47,010 nt of DNA. Origin: an uncultured Clostridia bacterium (lineage in GTDB: Bacteria; Bacillota; Clostridia; TANB77; CAG-508). Numbering within the stretch: position 1 is the first letter of the stretch; each line of letters opens with the position of its first letter. Made by a program: the position numbers and the translations under genes. The DNA lies in assembly GCA_944390625.1 (NCBI GenBank), contig CALXRH010000063.1, positions 1 to 47,010 on the forward strand, read 5' to 3'. The notes beneath the pieces are model-generated. The model saw only the letters and a list, made by a program, of their open reading frames with translations. It was not told the origin of the DNA and ran no database searches. This document shows, one piece after another, positions 1-10,681 of the stretch.

Positions 1-2
1 AA

Positions 3-1430
3 ATGTTATCTACAGAAATGGCAAAAACATTGGTAGAAGTAAAAAATGCATGGGCAATGCAAGAAGAGTCTTTTAAATCTAATTTGCCATTAATGCAAGA
101 CCAATTAAAAAAGACGCATTCTTTTGATAGTCGTTCTATGGGAACTGTATTTCCATTTACCATGTCAGAGGTAGGACATAGTACAGGAGTACCATTAGGA
201 TTTAATAAGCAAACAGGAACACCAATTTTGTTTGATAATTTTCATCCTTCTTTAACCAATTATAACATGGTTATATTTGCTAAATCAGGAGCTGGTAAAT
301 CTGTTACGATGAAAACTTTAATTTCAAGGTCATCTGTACTTATGGGAATCGAAAGTTTAGCACTTGATGCAGAAGGCGAATATTATGCTGTTGCAGAAGC
401 TTTAGGAGGAATCAATGTTATTGTAAGTCCGAATTCTTCTACGGTTATTAATGTTTTTGATATTGAAGTGGAAAAAGCAAAAGATGCTATTACAGGAAGA
501 GAAAGAGAAATTTTAAACATAGAAAACAAAGTAGAAGATGTAACACAAGCATTAATGACAATGGCAAAAGGAAGTACCAAAACAGATCAAGTAAACGAAC
601 TTACCAAGCAAATTATTTCCGAATCAGTTGCGGCAGAATACGCTTCTTTAGGAATTACTTCAGACCCAATGAGTTTATATGAAAATACAAGAATAACAGG
701 CAATTTTGGAAGAAAGAAAAAATTAATGCCTACCATAGGTTCTTGGTATAGAAGATTGGAACATATGGCTAGTGAAAATACCAATGAAGATTACAGGTTC
801 CATTACAGTTATTTGTTAAAAGTTATGAAACAGTACATCAGAGAATTTGGTGGACAAATGGCTTATTTTGATGGACAATCTAGTTTTGAATTATTAGATG
901 GTTCTCCATTTATTAATATTGATATTTCGCAACTAGAAGAAAGATTTGCAAGGCCACTTGCACAGCAAATTTTGTTGTCTGGGATTTGGGAAAAATTTGT
1001 TAAGAAAAATAGTGAAGATAGAAGAAAAGCAAGACAAAAAAGAGTAATTGTCGATGAGGCATGGATGTTACTTCCATTCCCAGAAGCCGTAGACTTTTTA
1101 AATAAAATGGCAAGGCGTGCCAGAAAAAGAAATGTATCATTGGCTATTATTTCACAAAGATTTCAAGACTTTTATGAAAAACCAGAGGCACAAGCAGTAC
1201 TTACTTCATCAGATACAAAGTTATTCTTAGCACAAGATAAATCGGAAATAGCACTTCTACAAGAGGTATTTAAATTAAGTTCAGGGGAGGCATCTTTCCT
1301 AGTTACCTGTACTAGGGGTGAGGGACTTTTGAAGGTTGGATCCGAAACGGCAATTCTTCAAATTACGCCGACAGAAAAAGAATTTAAGTTTGTGGAAACG
1401 AATTTAAATAAATTAGCAAAAGAAAGTTAA
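3..1430 (+). CDS. VirB4/TrsE/ConE-like conjugative ATPase, C-terminal part (5' end outside the window)
   Basis: The ORF is open to the window edge. Walker A is FAKSGAGKSVTMK, Walker B-like is RVIVDEAWMLL, and SLAIISQRFQDF is typical of the VirB4 C-terminal domain. Confidence 0.8.
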   Translation: MLSTEMAKTLVEVKNAWAMQEESFKSNLPLMQDQLKKTHSFDSRSMGTVFPFTMSEVGHSTGVPLGFNKQTGTPILFDNFHPSLTNYNMVIFAKSGAGKSVTMKTLISRSSVLMGIESLALDAEGEYYAVAEALGGINVIVSPNSSTVINVFDIEVEKAKDAITGREREILNIENKVEDVTQALMTMAKGSTKTDQVNELTKQIISESVAAEYASLGITSDPMSLYENTRITGNFGRKKKLMPTIGSWYRRLEHMASENTNEDYRFHYSYLLKVMKQYIREFGGQMAYFDGQSSFELLDGSPFINIDISQLEERFARPLAQQILLSGIWEKFVKKNSEDRRKARQKRVIVDEAWMLLPFPEAVDFLNKMARRARKRNVSLAIISQRFQDFYEKPEAQAVLTSSDTKLFLAQDKSEIALLQEVFKLSSGEASFLVTCTRGEGLLKVGSETAILQITPTEKEFKFVETNLNKLAKES

Positions 1431-1457
1431 TACATTATATTAAGAGAGGAGAAAAGT

Positions 1458-3056
1458 ATGTATAAACAATTTAGAAAAAAAATTACTTTCATTATAGTAT
1501 TTTTTATAATACTTTGCTCTTCTTTTTTTAAGCAACCAAGCTATGCCGTAACAGATGATGATGGTCCAGATGTTACAGATGAGAGTATTGATTGGCAATT
1601 AACATGCTATGGTGGAGAAAGCCTTGGAGGCACTGGATTTACGGAAAATGATTTTACAACCAATGAAAAATATGGTTGGTGTGAATATGAAAAAGATGGC
1701 GTGACTTATGTTGTATTAGCAGCAGCAACACATGAATTATTAAATTCAGGAGAAATAGGGGCGGTAAGACATGATTATATACACTACTTTAGTTATTATG
1801 ACACGATACAATTTAAATTTGTAGATGAAAGTTTTGACAGTAATGTATATAATGGAATCATTTTAGATAGTTGTGGAGCTTCTATGTATCCACCTGCATA
1901 TGGTCATGCTGATAATGTACAAATTTTAGATGTATATTTTAAGGCATCTACTTATAGTGAACAAATTAGTGGGCAACATGTGAAAGTTACGATGGATGGT
2001 TCTTTTTCATCAAGCGCTGGAACGAGTAGTACAGAAGTAAAAAAGAATTTTTTTATTGATTTGTTCGCTGCTCTTTTTAAACTGTTAGGAGATGTAATAC
2101 AATTAACCATAGGTAATCTAGCAGTAGGAGAAAAGGATGCAGAGGTTACTTATACATCCAGTGCAATTAGAGCAGATGAAGATTTACAAAAAGAAATACA
2201 AGTTAGTGATGCAGGAGAATCTACACAGTCTAATACACAAAAAACAATCGATATTTCAAACACCATAGATAATGAAAAAGGAGAATCAGAAACAGTATTT
2301 TCATCTAGTACAGAAATTCCAGTAATTCCGGTAGACTTTTATAGTGCTTCGATTGATAAATTTCAAATGCTGGATATTGATTTTTTTGATACATCGAATG
2401 ATAATTCCAATAAATTTTGGGAAGTTGTAGCAGATACGGTATCTTTCATTAGTCATTCTGTTATGTATATTTCAGCAGCATTACTTTTAACTATGTTAAT
2501 TTTAAGAAGTATTTTACTTGTAAAATCCTCTTTAGGAGATGATCCAGGTGGAGCAGCAAGATCTAGAAAGATAATTGATAATTGGGTAAAATCTATTATT
2601 TTAATTAGTGGTGTTTATATTATTATGACATTAATGATGTATTTTTATCAAAACATATTAACCATTGTTTTGAATGAAAACGACTCCAATTATTTAATAA
2701 GAGCCAATGTAGAAAATGTATATTCTTTTAATACAAATCAGATTGGTTATTTTAGATATATGACTTTGCAAACCAATAGCATATCTGCTTTTAAATATTC
2801 TATTTTATATTTCTTACAAGCATTAATCAATGGCATATGGTTTCTATTTATGCTTGCGAGAATGCTTATCATCGGAGGTCTTATTATAGTAGCACCTCTT
2901 ACAGCCGTTATGACTATGTTTGAAAAAATACCGAAAAAAGGCTTTAGCTTAACCAATATTTTACAATTTAAAAACTGGCTAACAACCTATTTACTTTGGC
3001 TTTGGATACCTATTGTTGTAGTAATGATCTATAGAATTGTATTATATATAGGCTAG
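1458..3056 (+). CDS. VirB6/ConG/TcpH-like polytopic membrane protein with an N-terminal secreted domain
   Basis: RBS gagaggag. Signal peptide ending SYA-VT. The N-terminal domain resembles the N-domain of the CHAP protein at 10682. Conserved motif TEIPVIPVDFY...MLDIDFF lies before about 6 TM segments. The C-terminal block YFRYM...ARMLIIGGLIIVAPL is shared with ORFs 3069, 4837 and 13098. Confidence 0.6.
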   Translation: MYKQFRKKITFIIVFFIILCSSFFKQPSYAVTDDDGPDVTDESIDWQLTCYGGESLGGTGFTENDFTTNEKYGWCEYEKDGVTYVVLAAATHELLNSGEIGAVRHDYIHYFSYYDTIQFKFVDESFDSNVYNGIILDSCGASMYPPAYGHADNVQILDVYFKASTYSEQISGQHVKVTMDGSFSSSAGTSSTEVKKNFFIDLFAALFKLLGDVIQLTIGNLAVGEKDAEVTYTSSAIRADEDLQKEIQVSDAGESTQSNTQKTIDISNTIDNEKGESETVFSSSTEIPVIPVDFYSASIDKFQMLDIDFFDTSNDNSNKFWEVVADTVSFISHSVMYISAALLLTMLILRSILLVKSSLGDDPGGAARSRKIIDNWVKSIILISGVYIIMTLMMYFYQNILTIVLNENDSNYLIRANVENVYSFNTNQIGYFRYMTLQTNSISAFKYSILYFLQALINGIWFLFMLARMLIIGGLIIVAPLTAVMTMFEKIPKKGFSLTNILQFKNWLTTYLLWLWIPIVVVMIYRIVLYIG

Positions 3057-3068
3057 AAAGGAGGACTT

Positions 3069-4809
3069 GTGAGAAGAAATATTTGTAGGATTTTAATCAT
3101 AGTAATCATTATTTTGATGATTGGAGTAGGAAAATCTTATGGAGTAATAAGTAAAGATATAAATAAACAAATTACTAATTGGTCTTCTGGAGGTTTTACA
3201 GGATGGACAGAAGAATTAACCAAAGAAGCCAAAGATAATATTTTAGCAAATTTACAGAAAGATTTTAATTATAAAGGAAATACAATTAATAAAGAAATGA
3301 AAATGAGGACTAAAATATCAGTAGAAGAAAAAAAACAAACCTTTCTTTCTATGCTTCCCTGGGTGGAAAATGAATATACGTATACAATAAGGATTCGGTA
3401 CAGGAACCGATAGCTATGAAACAATATCTGGAATTAGTGAAGAAGATTTAGTAAATATATATGGAGGAAAAAACAATGCTTCAAAAGGGGATAGTTGGGA
3501 TGCCTTGATTATTATAACTTCAAATGAAGAAGTGGTAGGAGAGAATTACTACTATAGAGCTAAACTGAAAGATATTTATACGACGGAAGAAGATATTGCA
3601 AAAGGGCAGGCCGTTTCAATAGATGATACAGAATATACTTTAATAGGAGAGATGGTATCAGATCCGGTGACAGATGTAGCTGATACTGTAATTGATGTTG
3701 GAGAAAAAGTATGGAATTTTGTAGAAAATTTTAAGCATAATCCAATTGGAACGATAATTACAGCTCTTCTTGATTTACTGACTATGTTATTTGATGCTGT
3801 ACAAATAGTAATTAATTCTATTCAAACTGTTTCCCTTGGTACATTTACTGACTTAAGATTAGCATATGAATATAATGAGTTGGTAAAGGATGCAAACAGT
3901 GATGGAAAAAGGGATATGTATACAAAAGTAAGTAAATATAATGGTGAAGATTATGTATCTTACGAAGGACAAAAATATGTTTATGTAGATGGGGACGATA
4001 AAGGGTTTTCAATGGATACGGAAATTCCAGTAATTCCAATAGATGTTTATAATTTATCTATTAGTGATATAAGCTTATTAGATATTAATTTTTTAACAGT
4101 AGATAAAGAAAATCGAGAAAATTCACTATGGATGACTTTAAGGAATATTGCAGTGACGATTATGCATGTAACCATGTATCTTGCGGCAGCAGTTTTAATT
4201 ACAAGCTTAATTTTACATGGCATATATATAGTTAAAGGGTCTTTGGACAATCCACAAGCTCAAATGGAACATAAAAAGGGTATAAAAAGATTTTTCATCT
4301 CACTACTTATGCTAGTTGGATCAGTCGTTATTATGGCATTAAGTATTTATGCAAGTAATATGTTTCTAGAAGGATTTCAATCAGACACCGATGAACTTCC
4401 TATAAGGGTTAATGTTAGCCTTACGCCTGAAGAAAATTCGCAATCTGATTCAGAGTCGACTACGTCAGGCGGTTATAGCTTTAGTACGAATTTTACTGGA
4501 TATATAAGATATATGGCACAAATTAATGATGTTGATAAGTATACGGAAAAGGCAGTATATACATTTGAATATATAGCATTAGTTTTGGTAAATGTTGCTG
4601 GTGGAGTGTTTATGGTTGTAAGAATGATAGTAATGCTGTTATTAGCAATAATTGGACCTATTGTTGCAACTTTCTATGCTATCAAAAAGGAAGATAACGG
4701 AACCTTGAATTATAGAACTTGGGCTGAATTATATGTAACTTTAGCAGCTGTACAAATACTGATGGCAATTGCTTCTAAAATAGTGCTAGAATGTACGATT
4801 TTTAACTAA
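3069..4809 (+). CDS. VirB6-like polytopic membrane protein, tandem paralog of 4837..6531. It needs a +1 frame change at the in-frame CGG at 3396-3398.
   Basis: GTG start with RBS aggagg. The track splits it into 3069..3413 (frame 0) and 3505..4809 (frame 1). Frame 1 is open back to 3391. Joining as ..TYTIRI|GTGTDSYE.. aligns with ..KYQITFGNSP.. of the paralog. The C-terminal halves are very similar (GSLDNPQAQ..KRFFISLLMLVGS..TDELPIRVNVS). Confidence 0.7.
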
Positions 4810-4836
4810 AAAATGTAGTAAGAAAGGAGGAAGTGT

Positions 4837-6531
4837 GTGAGAAATAAATTATTGGCAATTATTTTTATTTTTATTTTACTGAATTTAGAAAGTTGTTCTT
4901 ATGGATTTATAAAAGATGATTACAATAGTAATATATTAGTAATAGGCTGGAGTGGACCTGGAAATTCAACTAATAAAATTCTTTCGGACTTAAGGGATAA
5001 ATTAGGATATGAAGGCTCATCTTTAACGGCGGAAATGAAAATGAAGACATCACTAACCATAACACATGTAAATAAGAATAAATATCAAATAACTTTCGGA
5101 AATAGCCCTATTAATGTTTCTAAAGGGGTAGATTCATGGTGGCAACTTTGGACGGCTACTAGTAATTTTACTTTGACTCAATTAAAAGAATTATTTGGTT
5201 TAGATGAAAATGTTAGTGAAAATGAGCTAAAAGAGGGATATTCATGGAGAACTAATATTATAGTAAGAACTGATGGAGAATTTAGAGATGATGTAACAAC
5301 TAGTTACTCTTGTTATTTAAAAGCTTTATATGCAGGAGAAGATTTATCTAAAATAGATGGAGTTGAAACAGATGATGAAGAAAGAAACGCAACAGCAGGA
5401 GATTTTGTAGCTGGTGCAAAAAAAGTATGGGATATAGCAAGCAATTTTCCAGAAAATCCCGTAGGAACCATATGCACACTTTTTCTAGAACTATTACGAG
5501 CAATTTTTGATGCGATACAAATATTAGTAAATTCCATCCAAACATTGACACTTCATACAGCGGGAGACTGGAGATTAGCCTATAGTTATAATGATTTAGC
5601 AGCAGATAAAACAGCAGCAAATGATGAGGATAAAGGTGCTGGAAATCGAGATATGTATACCAATGTAAGTGAATACAAAGGAGAAGATTATGTATCTTAC
5701 AAAGGACAAAAATATGTTTATGTAGATGGAGAGGCTAAAGATTTTTCAGAAGATACAGAAATTCCAGTTATCCCAGTAGATGTTTATAATCTGGCTGCTG
5801 GAAATATCAGTTTTACAGATATTAATTTTTTAACAGGAGATAAGGACCATGATGAGGATTCGCCCTGGATGGTATTAAGAAATATTGCCGTATCTATCAT
5901 TCGTGTTACACTTTATTTAGCATCTGCTTATTTACTTACAACTTTAATTTGGCACGGAATTCATATAGTAAAAGGTTCTTTAGATAACCCACAAGCTCAA
6001 GTAGACCATAGAAAAGGATTAAAGAGATTTTTTATATCACTTCTTATGCTAGTAGGTTCTATCGTTATTATGGCATTAAGTATTTTTGCTAGTGATATGT
6101 TTTTGGGAGATTTGAAATCCAATACAGACGAACTTCCAATCAGAGTAAATGTTAGCTTTTCTGATGATTCGGATTCAGAAACAACATCAGGCGGTTATAG
6201 TTTTAGTACGAATTTTACTGGGTATGTAAGATATATGGCACAAATCACAGATGTTAATTTATATATGGAAAAAGCAGTTTATACACTTGAATATATGGCA
6301 TTAGTTATTGTAAATGTTGCAGGTGGTCTATTTATGGTGCTAAGAATGATAGTGATGTTATTATTGGCAATTGTTGGACCAATTGTTGCAGCCTTACATG
6401 CTATTAATATAGAGAATAACAGAATTCTAAATTATAAAACTTGGGCTGAATTGTATATTACTTTAGCGGCTGCACAAATGATTATGGCGATAGCATCTAG
6501 AATAGTACTAGAATGTTTTACAATTAGTTAG
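4837..6531 (+). CDS. VirB6-like polytopic membrane protein (intact paralog)
   Basis: GTG start with RBS aaggagg. Signal or anchor sequence, TEIPVIPVDVY...FTDINFL motif, multiple TM segments, and the C-terminal RMIVMLLLAIVGPIVA block. Confidence 0.65.
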   Translation: MRNKLLAIIFIFILLNLESCSYGFIKDDYNSNILVIGWSGPGNSTNKILSDLRDKLGYEGSSLTAEMKMKTSLTITHVNKNKYQITFGNSPINVSKGVDSWWQLWTATSNFTLTQLKELFGLDENVSENELKEGYSWRTNIIVRTDGEFRDDVTTSYSCYLKALYAGEDLSKIDGVETDDEERNATAGDFVAGAKKVWDIASNFPENPVGTICTLFLELLRAIFDAIQILVNSIQTLTLHTAGDWRLAYSYNDLAADKTAANDEDKGAGNRDMYTNVSEYKGEDYVSYKGQKYVYVDGEAKDFSEDTEIPVIPVDVYNLAAGNISFTDINFLTGDKDHDEDSPWMVLRNIAVSIIRVTLYLASAYLLTTLIWHGIHIVKGSLDNPQAQVDHRKGLKRFFISLLMLVGSIVIMALSIFASDMFLGDLKSNTDELPIRVNVSFSDDSDSETTSGGYSFSTNFTGYVRYMAQITDVNLYMEKAVYTLEYMALVIVNVAGGLFMVLRMIVMLLLAIVGPIVAALHAINIENNRILNYKTWAELYITLAAAQMIMAIASRIVLECFTIS

Positions 6532-6544
6532 AGAGGAGTTTTAA

Positions 6545-8413
6545 ATGGATATATTAATGATTATTTTACCAGCTTTATCTGTTTTTGGTAGTATATATTT
6601 GGCGGTATCAAAAATAAAGAAAACTTTTGGCTTAAAAGTTAGTGGTAGCTCTTCTACCAATATGTTAAATGCAGGAGCAGAAAGAGAAAAAGCGAAGGTA
6701 TTAGAAAAAGAACCTCAACAAAACCCTGATGTTGTGGCAGCACAAAACTATAATATGGCAGGAGGAAATGTAGGAATTCCTATGAATTCTTATGGTGCAC
6801 AAGGTGCGAGTATGCCAAATATAGGAGCAGCTGGAGGAGGATTTGGTGCAAATGCAATCATAGGCGTTGTAAATGGTATTGGTGGCATTATGCAAAGTGG
6901 AGATGTTTCAAACAGATTTATAGCAAGACGTCAAATTACAGGACCAATTCTTCAAGATGCGAATATGATTTATAACTCAAAATTAAGAGGCTCAAAAAGC
7001 TTAAGGCAAGAGGCTTCGAGTATTTTAAATACAGCCAATGGTGGAAGATTAACCATGAACCAAGGTTCACAAGCAACAAATAGAATTGCGGGAAGACGTG
7101 TACTTCTTAATCCAAATGGAACTTCAAATAGTTATATTTATGGTAATGTAAGAGGACTTAAATCAGGTTATGGAAATATTTATACAAAGGCACTTCAAAT
7201 TAAAGGTATTTCTAAAGCACAGACCTTAATTACAAAACAATTTATAGCACCAAAAGGTACTTACCTTAAAATGCAACAATTAGCCAATGGAAACCGATAT
7301 GGATTAAATCAGCCAGGTATACAAAATGTAAACCAATATGGATTAAACCCAGGATTACAAAACGTAAACCAATATGGATTAAATCCACTGGGAGCACCAA
7401 ATGTAAGTGTTGTTATGAATGACATCAATTTTCACAAAAAAATTGTGGGATATCTTATGCAAGATAATAAATTTAGAGCTGCAAATCCAAAACAACAATT
7501 ATCAATGCTTGTATTGCAAGATGTCTACGGGGATAAGAATAATGCTAATTTAAAACCTTCTCAAAAACGTGAATTATATATAATCACTAGGACACAAAAA
7601 AGTGAAAGATTACTTGCGGCAGGAGGAGAAAAACATATCGGCCAAAGTGAAAGTACTTATAAAAAAGATTTAATGAGAGAAGTAATCCAAATGGCACCTA
7701 ATTTAACAAGACAACAGAAAATACAAGTATATAATAGAGCAATTGAGATGAAAAATGCCAGAAGAAAAGATCAACAACTAACTCAACAGGCACTCGCAGA
7801 AGAAAGAACCAATCAAAAAATGAACTTAAACCAAGAAAATCGAAAAGCATTAGACGAGTTATTAAGAGATACGACAGTATCAACCCATTATAATAATTAC
7901 CTAGATGAAAATTTCGATAATGTACATCAATTAAGTGAAGAAGAGATAAAAGAAATAGAACATCAAGCAAGAGAAAATGTAAGAAAAAGAGATGATTTAT
8001 CTTTAGAAGAAAAAGAAGCAGAATATGAAAGATTAAAAGAAGAAATGCAAGCAAGTGCATTAGAAAGTAGATTAGAAGAAATAGAGGGAATTGTAAAAGA
8101 AGAAATATTAGATAATCCAGATGAGGCAAGAGAGATTTTAGGAGAAGAAGGTGCAGAATTACTTAGAGCTAAGCTTGCTAAAATTCAAGAAGAAAGAGAT
8201 GCTATGTATCAAAAACTTTTGAAAATGCAAAAACGAGCTAGCAGGTCATCTTATGAAGAATTCAAAAAAAGACGAGATGAAGAAATGAAAGCCGATATTA
8301 CAGCAGCAGTTAATGAATTGTATCCAGATCAAGGAAGTTCATCTCAAGCCATCATACCATTTGTATCTAGACAGGCTCAAGAAAATGAATTAACAAGAAG
8401 TAGTGTTGGATAA
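6545..8413 (+). CDS. TM-anchored protein with a Gly/Asn-rich repeat region and a long charged C-terminal coiled-coil-like tail; function unknown
   Basis: N-terminal TM (ILPALSVFGSIYLAV). Imperfect tandem NQYGLNP repeats are encoded around 7295-7390. The last roughly 250 aa are very E/K/R-rich. Packed within the T4SS operon. Confidence 0.55.
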   Translation: MDILMIILPALSVFGSIYLAVSKIKKTFGLKVSGSSSTNMLNAGAEREKAKVLEKEPQQNPDVVAAQNYNMAGGNVGIPMNSYGAQGASMPNIGAAGGGFGANAIIGVVNGIGGIMQSGDVSNRFIARRQITGPILQDANMIYNSKLRGSKSLRQEASSILNTANGGRLTMNQGSQATNRIAGRRVLLNPNGTSNSYIYGNVRGLKSGYGNIYTKALQIKGISKAQTLITKQFIAPKGTYLKMQQLANGNRYGLNQPGIQNVNQYGLNPGLQNVNQYGLNPLGAPNVSVVMNDINFHKKIVGYLMQDNKFRAANPKQQLSMLVLQDVYGDKNNANLKPSQKRELYIITRTQKSERLLAAGGEKHIGQSESTYKKDLMREVIQMAPNLTRQQKIQVYNRAIEMKNARRKDQQLTQQALAEERTNQKMNLNQENRKALDELLRDTTVSTHYNNYLDENFDNVHQLSEEEIKEIEHQARENVRKRDDLSLEEKEAEYERLKEEMQASALESRLEEIEGIVKEEILDNPDEAREILGEEGAELLRAKLAKIQEERDAMYQKLLKMQKRASRSSYEEFKKRRDEEMKADITAAVNELYPDQGSSSQAIIPFVSRQAQENELTRSSVG

Positions 8414-8462
8414 TTTAAAAGTAAATTAGAAGGAAATACCGCTATGATAAAAGGAGAACATC

Positions 8463-9275
8463 ATGTTAAAAAAAATAAGAAAATATATGAAAATAGGGAT
8501 AACCATACTTACCATTATAACCATTGTTTCTTCTATAGTGGGCTTACTAATGTTATTGGATAGTTTGAATCTCATTGATTTAGGGGGATTGACAGAAGTA
8601 AGTTCCGGTAGTTTTGGAACTGTTACTGATGCTGAAATAAAAGATTTACTCACCATGTCTGATGAAGAAGTATGGCGAGGTCTAACAGGAGGATTATTAA
8701 GTGAAAAACCAACTGAAACCTTACCTTCCAACGCAAGTCAAATAACTGCAGCAGTTGAAAGTCAATTAGAAACCATAACAGTACCTACCTGGGCGTGGGA
8801 AAATGAAGGAGATACAACGAACTTAAATAAAGTTACTAAAAATAGATCGATTCAAGTAAATAAATTTCTTGCTAAACTTTGGACAGCATTTTTTACGGAT
8901 TTATATAATGCAGACAAAAACTTTGTTATAGCTGAGGGTTCAATTGGGTGTTATAGAGTGGATGGAACAGGATATGGCCAAATCGGTTATCGATCAGCAC
9001 ATACTTATGGTGCTGCCATTGATTTAAACTGGTATGAGGATGGAAACCCATATGGAAGCCAACAGCCTTATACGAAAGAAGAATGGGAAGCTCTTCCAGA
9101 AAATCATTTAAAATATCAAATCATATATGTTGGTTCCCCTATTGTTGAAATTGCTCACAAATATACATTATTATGGGGAGGAGAATGGAACGGAACAACG
9201 AAAGATATTATGCATTTCAGCTTTGTATGTGACGGAAAAACAAGGGCAGAAAGAATACAGTTATTTGCAAATTAG
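8463..9275 (+). CDS. Membrane-anchored M15-family (VanY-like) zinc peptidoglycan peptidase
   Basis: N-terminal TM. Motif SAHTYGAAIDLN (H-x6-D) plus WGGEWNG..DIMHFSF, typical of M15 D,D- or L,D-peptidases. Confidence 0.7.
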   Translation: MLKKIRKYMKIGITILTIITIVSSIVGLLMLLDSLNLIDLGGLTEVSSGSFGTVTDAEIKDLLTMSDEEVWRGLTGGLLSEKPTETLPSNASQITAAVESQLETITVPTWAWENEGDTTNLNKVTKNRSIQVNKFLAKLWTAFFTDLYNADKNFVIAEGSIGCYRVDGTGYGQIGYRSAHTYGAAIDLNWYEDGNPYGSQQPYTKEEWEALPENHLKYQIIYVGSPIVEIAHKYTLLWGGEWNGTTKDIMHFSFVCDGKTRAERIQLFAN

Positions 9276-9297
9276 AGTTTAATTAAGGAGAAATGTA

Positions 9298-10638
9298 TTG
9301 GTTATGAAAAAAAAGAACCTAATAAAAAAAATAATGATTGTGTTATTTTTTCTATTCATTATCATAATAGCGATGATTGTATATTTAGCATTCAAAAATA
9401 ATCATTCGAATAACCAAGGCCCACAACCTGAAAATATAGTAGAAACCGAAAATACAAATATAGAAAATAATACGACAACACCAGATGGCAATGAAAATTC
9501 GAATGAAGAACAAAATAAAGACCTAAAAAAAGTAAATGATACTTATACTTATTTTCTTGTAAATCATTGTTTAAAATCATTTTATAATTACAATGAATAT
9601 GAAAATATTTCTTTAGATTATATGGATGCAGAAGTCATAGAAAATTTAAACTTAAGTGAAAATAATTTTATCAATTTATATAATAGTGGTTTTTGCATAG
9701 ATGAAATCTATAAACAAGAATTAAAAGAAAATGAAAGTATTTATGTAGTATATTATCGTTTAGGAATGGAAAGTGGAGGAATTACGGATTTAGTTGCTTG
9801 GGTAAGAGTCAATCATTTCCATAAAGTATTTTCAATTTATCCGTATGAATACTTAAGTTCTCTCAATCAGTTAAACTTAAAAGAAAATGATAAGATAACA
9901 ATAGAAAACTTAAAAGACATTGAGCAAAATGAAAATAATATCTATGAAGAAGGAGATATAACAACAAATGCAGAGGCTTGTACAAGAGAATTATTTAGAA
10001 GATATAAATTTGATTTGTTATTAGACGTAGACCATTTATACCAAATATTAGATGAAGAATATAAAGGGTTAAGATTTAAAACATTGGAAGAATTAGAACA
10101 ATATATACAAGAAAATAAAGAAGAATTATATTTAGATTCCATATCCAAATATCAACAACAAGAAAAGGAGAATAATTGGCAATATACGGCAGTGGGAAAC
10201 AGTAATCGTTATTATACTTTTAAAATGACTAGTTTAATGGAATATACGTTGATATTAGATAATTATACAATGGTAATACAGGATGATATTTACAATGCAT
10301 CATTACCAAATGTACAAGCAAAATACTGTATTAATCGAGTAATAGAGGCAATTGATGATAAGAATTATGAATTTGTTTACGAAAAGTTAAATCCAGTACA
10401 AAAAAATAATTATTATAAAAACATAGATGAATTTAAAGAATTTATTACCAATCATTTTTATGATGAAATAAACTATGAGATCGATGATGAATATTTAATG
10501 ATTTCATCCAATGTCTATCAATATAATGTAAAAATAACAGACAATGTAGCAGAAAATGATTTTACTTTTAGAAATTTTACGATGACAGTAACTTTAAAGG
10601 AAAATGAAGACTTTGTAATTGCCATCAACCAATTATAA
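9298..10638 (+). CDS. TM-anchored hypothetical protein, paralog of 12084..13061 (possible VirB8/TcpC-type scaffold; inference only)
   Basis: N-terminal TM, an N/E/T-rich low-complexity linker, and C-terminal blocks shared with 12084 (LLDVDHLYQILDEEYKG.., ..MTSLMEYTLILD). An alternative ATG start lies at 9304. Confidence 0.55.
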   Translation: MVMKKKNLIKKIMIVLFFLFIIIIAMIVYLAFKNNHSNNQGPQPENIVETENTNIENNTTTPDGNENSNEEQNKDLKKVNDTYTYFLVNHCLKSFYNYNEYENISLDYMDAEVIENLNLSENNFINLYNSGFCIDEIYKQELKENESIYVVYYRLGMESGGITDLVAWVRVNHFHKVFSIYPYEYLSSLNQLNLKENDKITIENLKDIEQNENNIYEEGDITTNAEACTRELFRRYKFDLLLDVDHLYQILDEEYKGLRFKTLEELEQYIQENKEELYLDSISKYQQQEKENNWQYTAVGNSNRYYTFKMTSLMEYTLILDNYTMVIQDDIYNASLPNVQAKYCINRVIEAIDDKNYEFVYEKLNPVQKNNYYKNIDEFKEFITNHFYDEINYEIDDEYLMISSNVYQYNVKITDNVAENDFTFRNFTMTVTLKENEDFVIAINQL

Positions 10639-10681
10639 GTAAAAAAGAAAAATAGATCGTTATGAAAGGAGGAAGCAAGAT

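Noticed and set aside
3505-3507. Track start codons of the downstream halves (3505 TTG, 10755 ATG, 21514 ATG, 26840 ATG, 36683 TTG, 37729 TTG) treated as independent gene starts
   Set aside because: None has a credible RBS. Each frame is open upstream back to the CGG site. Each product would lack its N-terminal conserved motif or signal peptide.
4837-4900. Possible lipoprotein signal (LNLESC) in ORF 4837
   Set aside because: The -2 Glu fits the lipobox consensus [LVI][ASTVI][GAS]C poorly, so it is not called.
7698-8129. 143-aa minus-strand ORF rich in Leu/Phe/His
   Set aside because: It is antisense to the Glu/Lys-rich tail of ORF 6545..8413. GAA/AAA/AAG codons read as TTC/TTT/CTT on the other strand and stay open by composition. 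It has no RBS.
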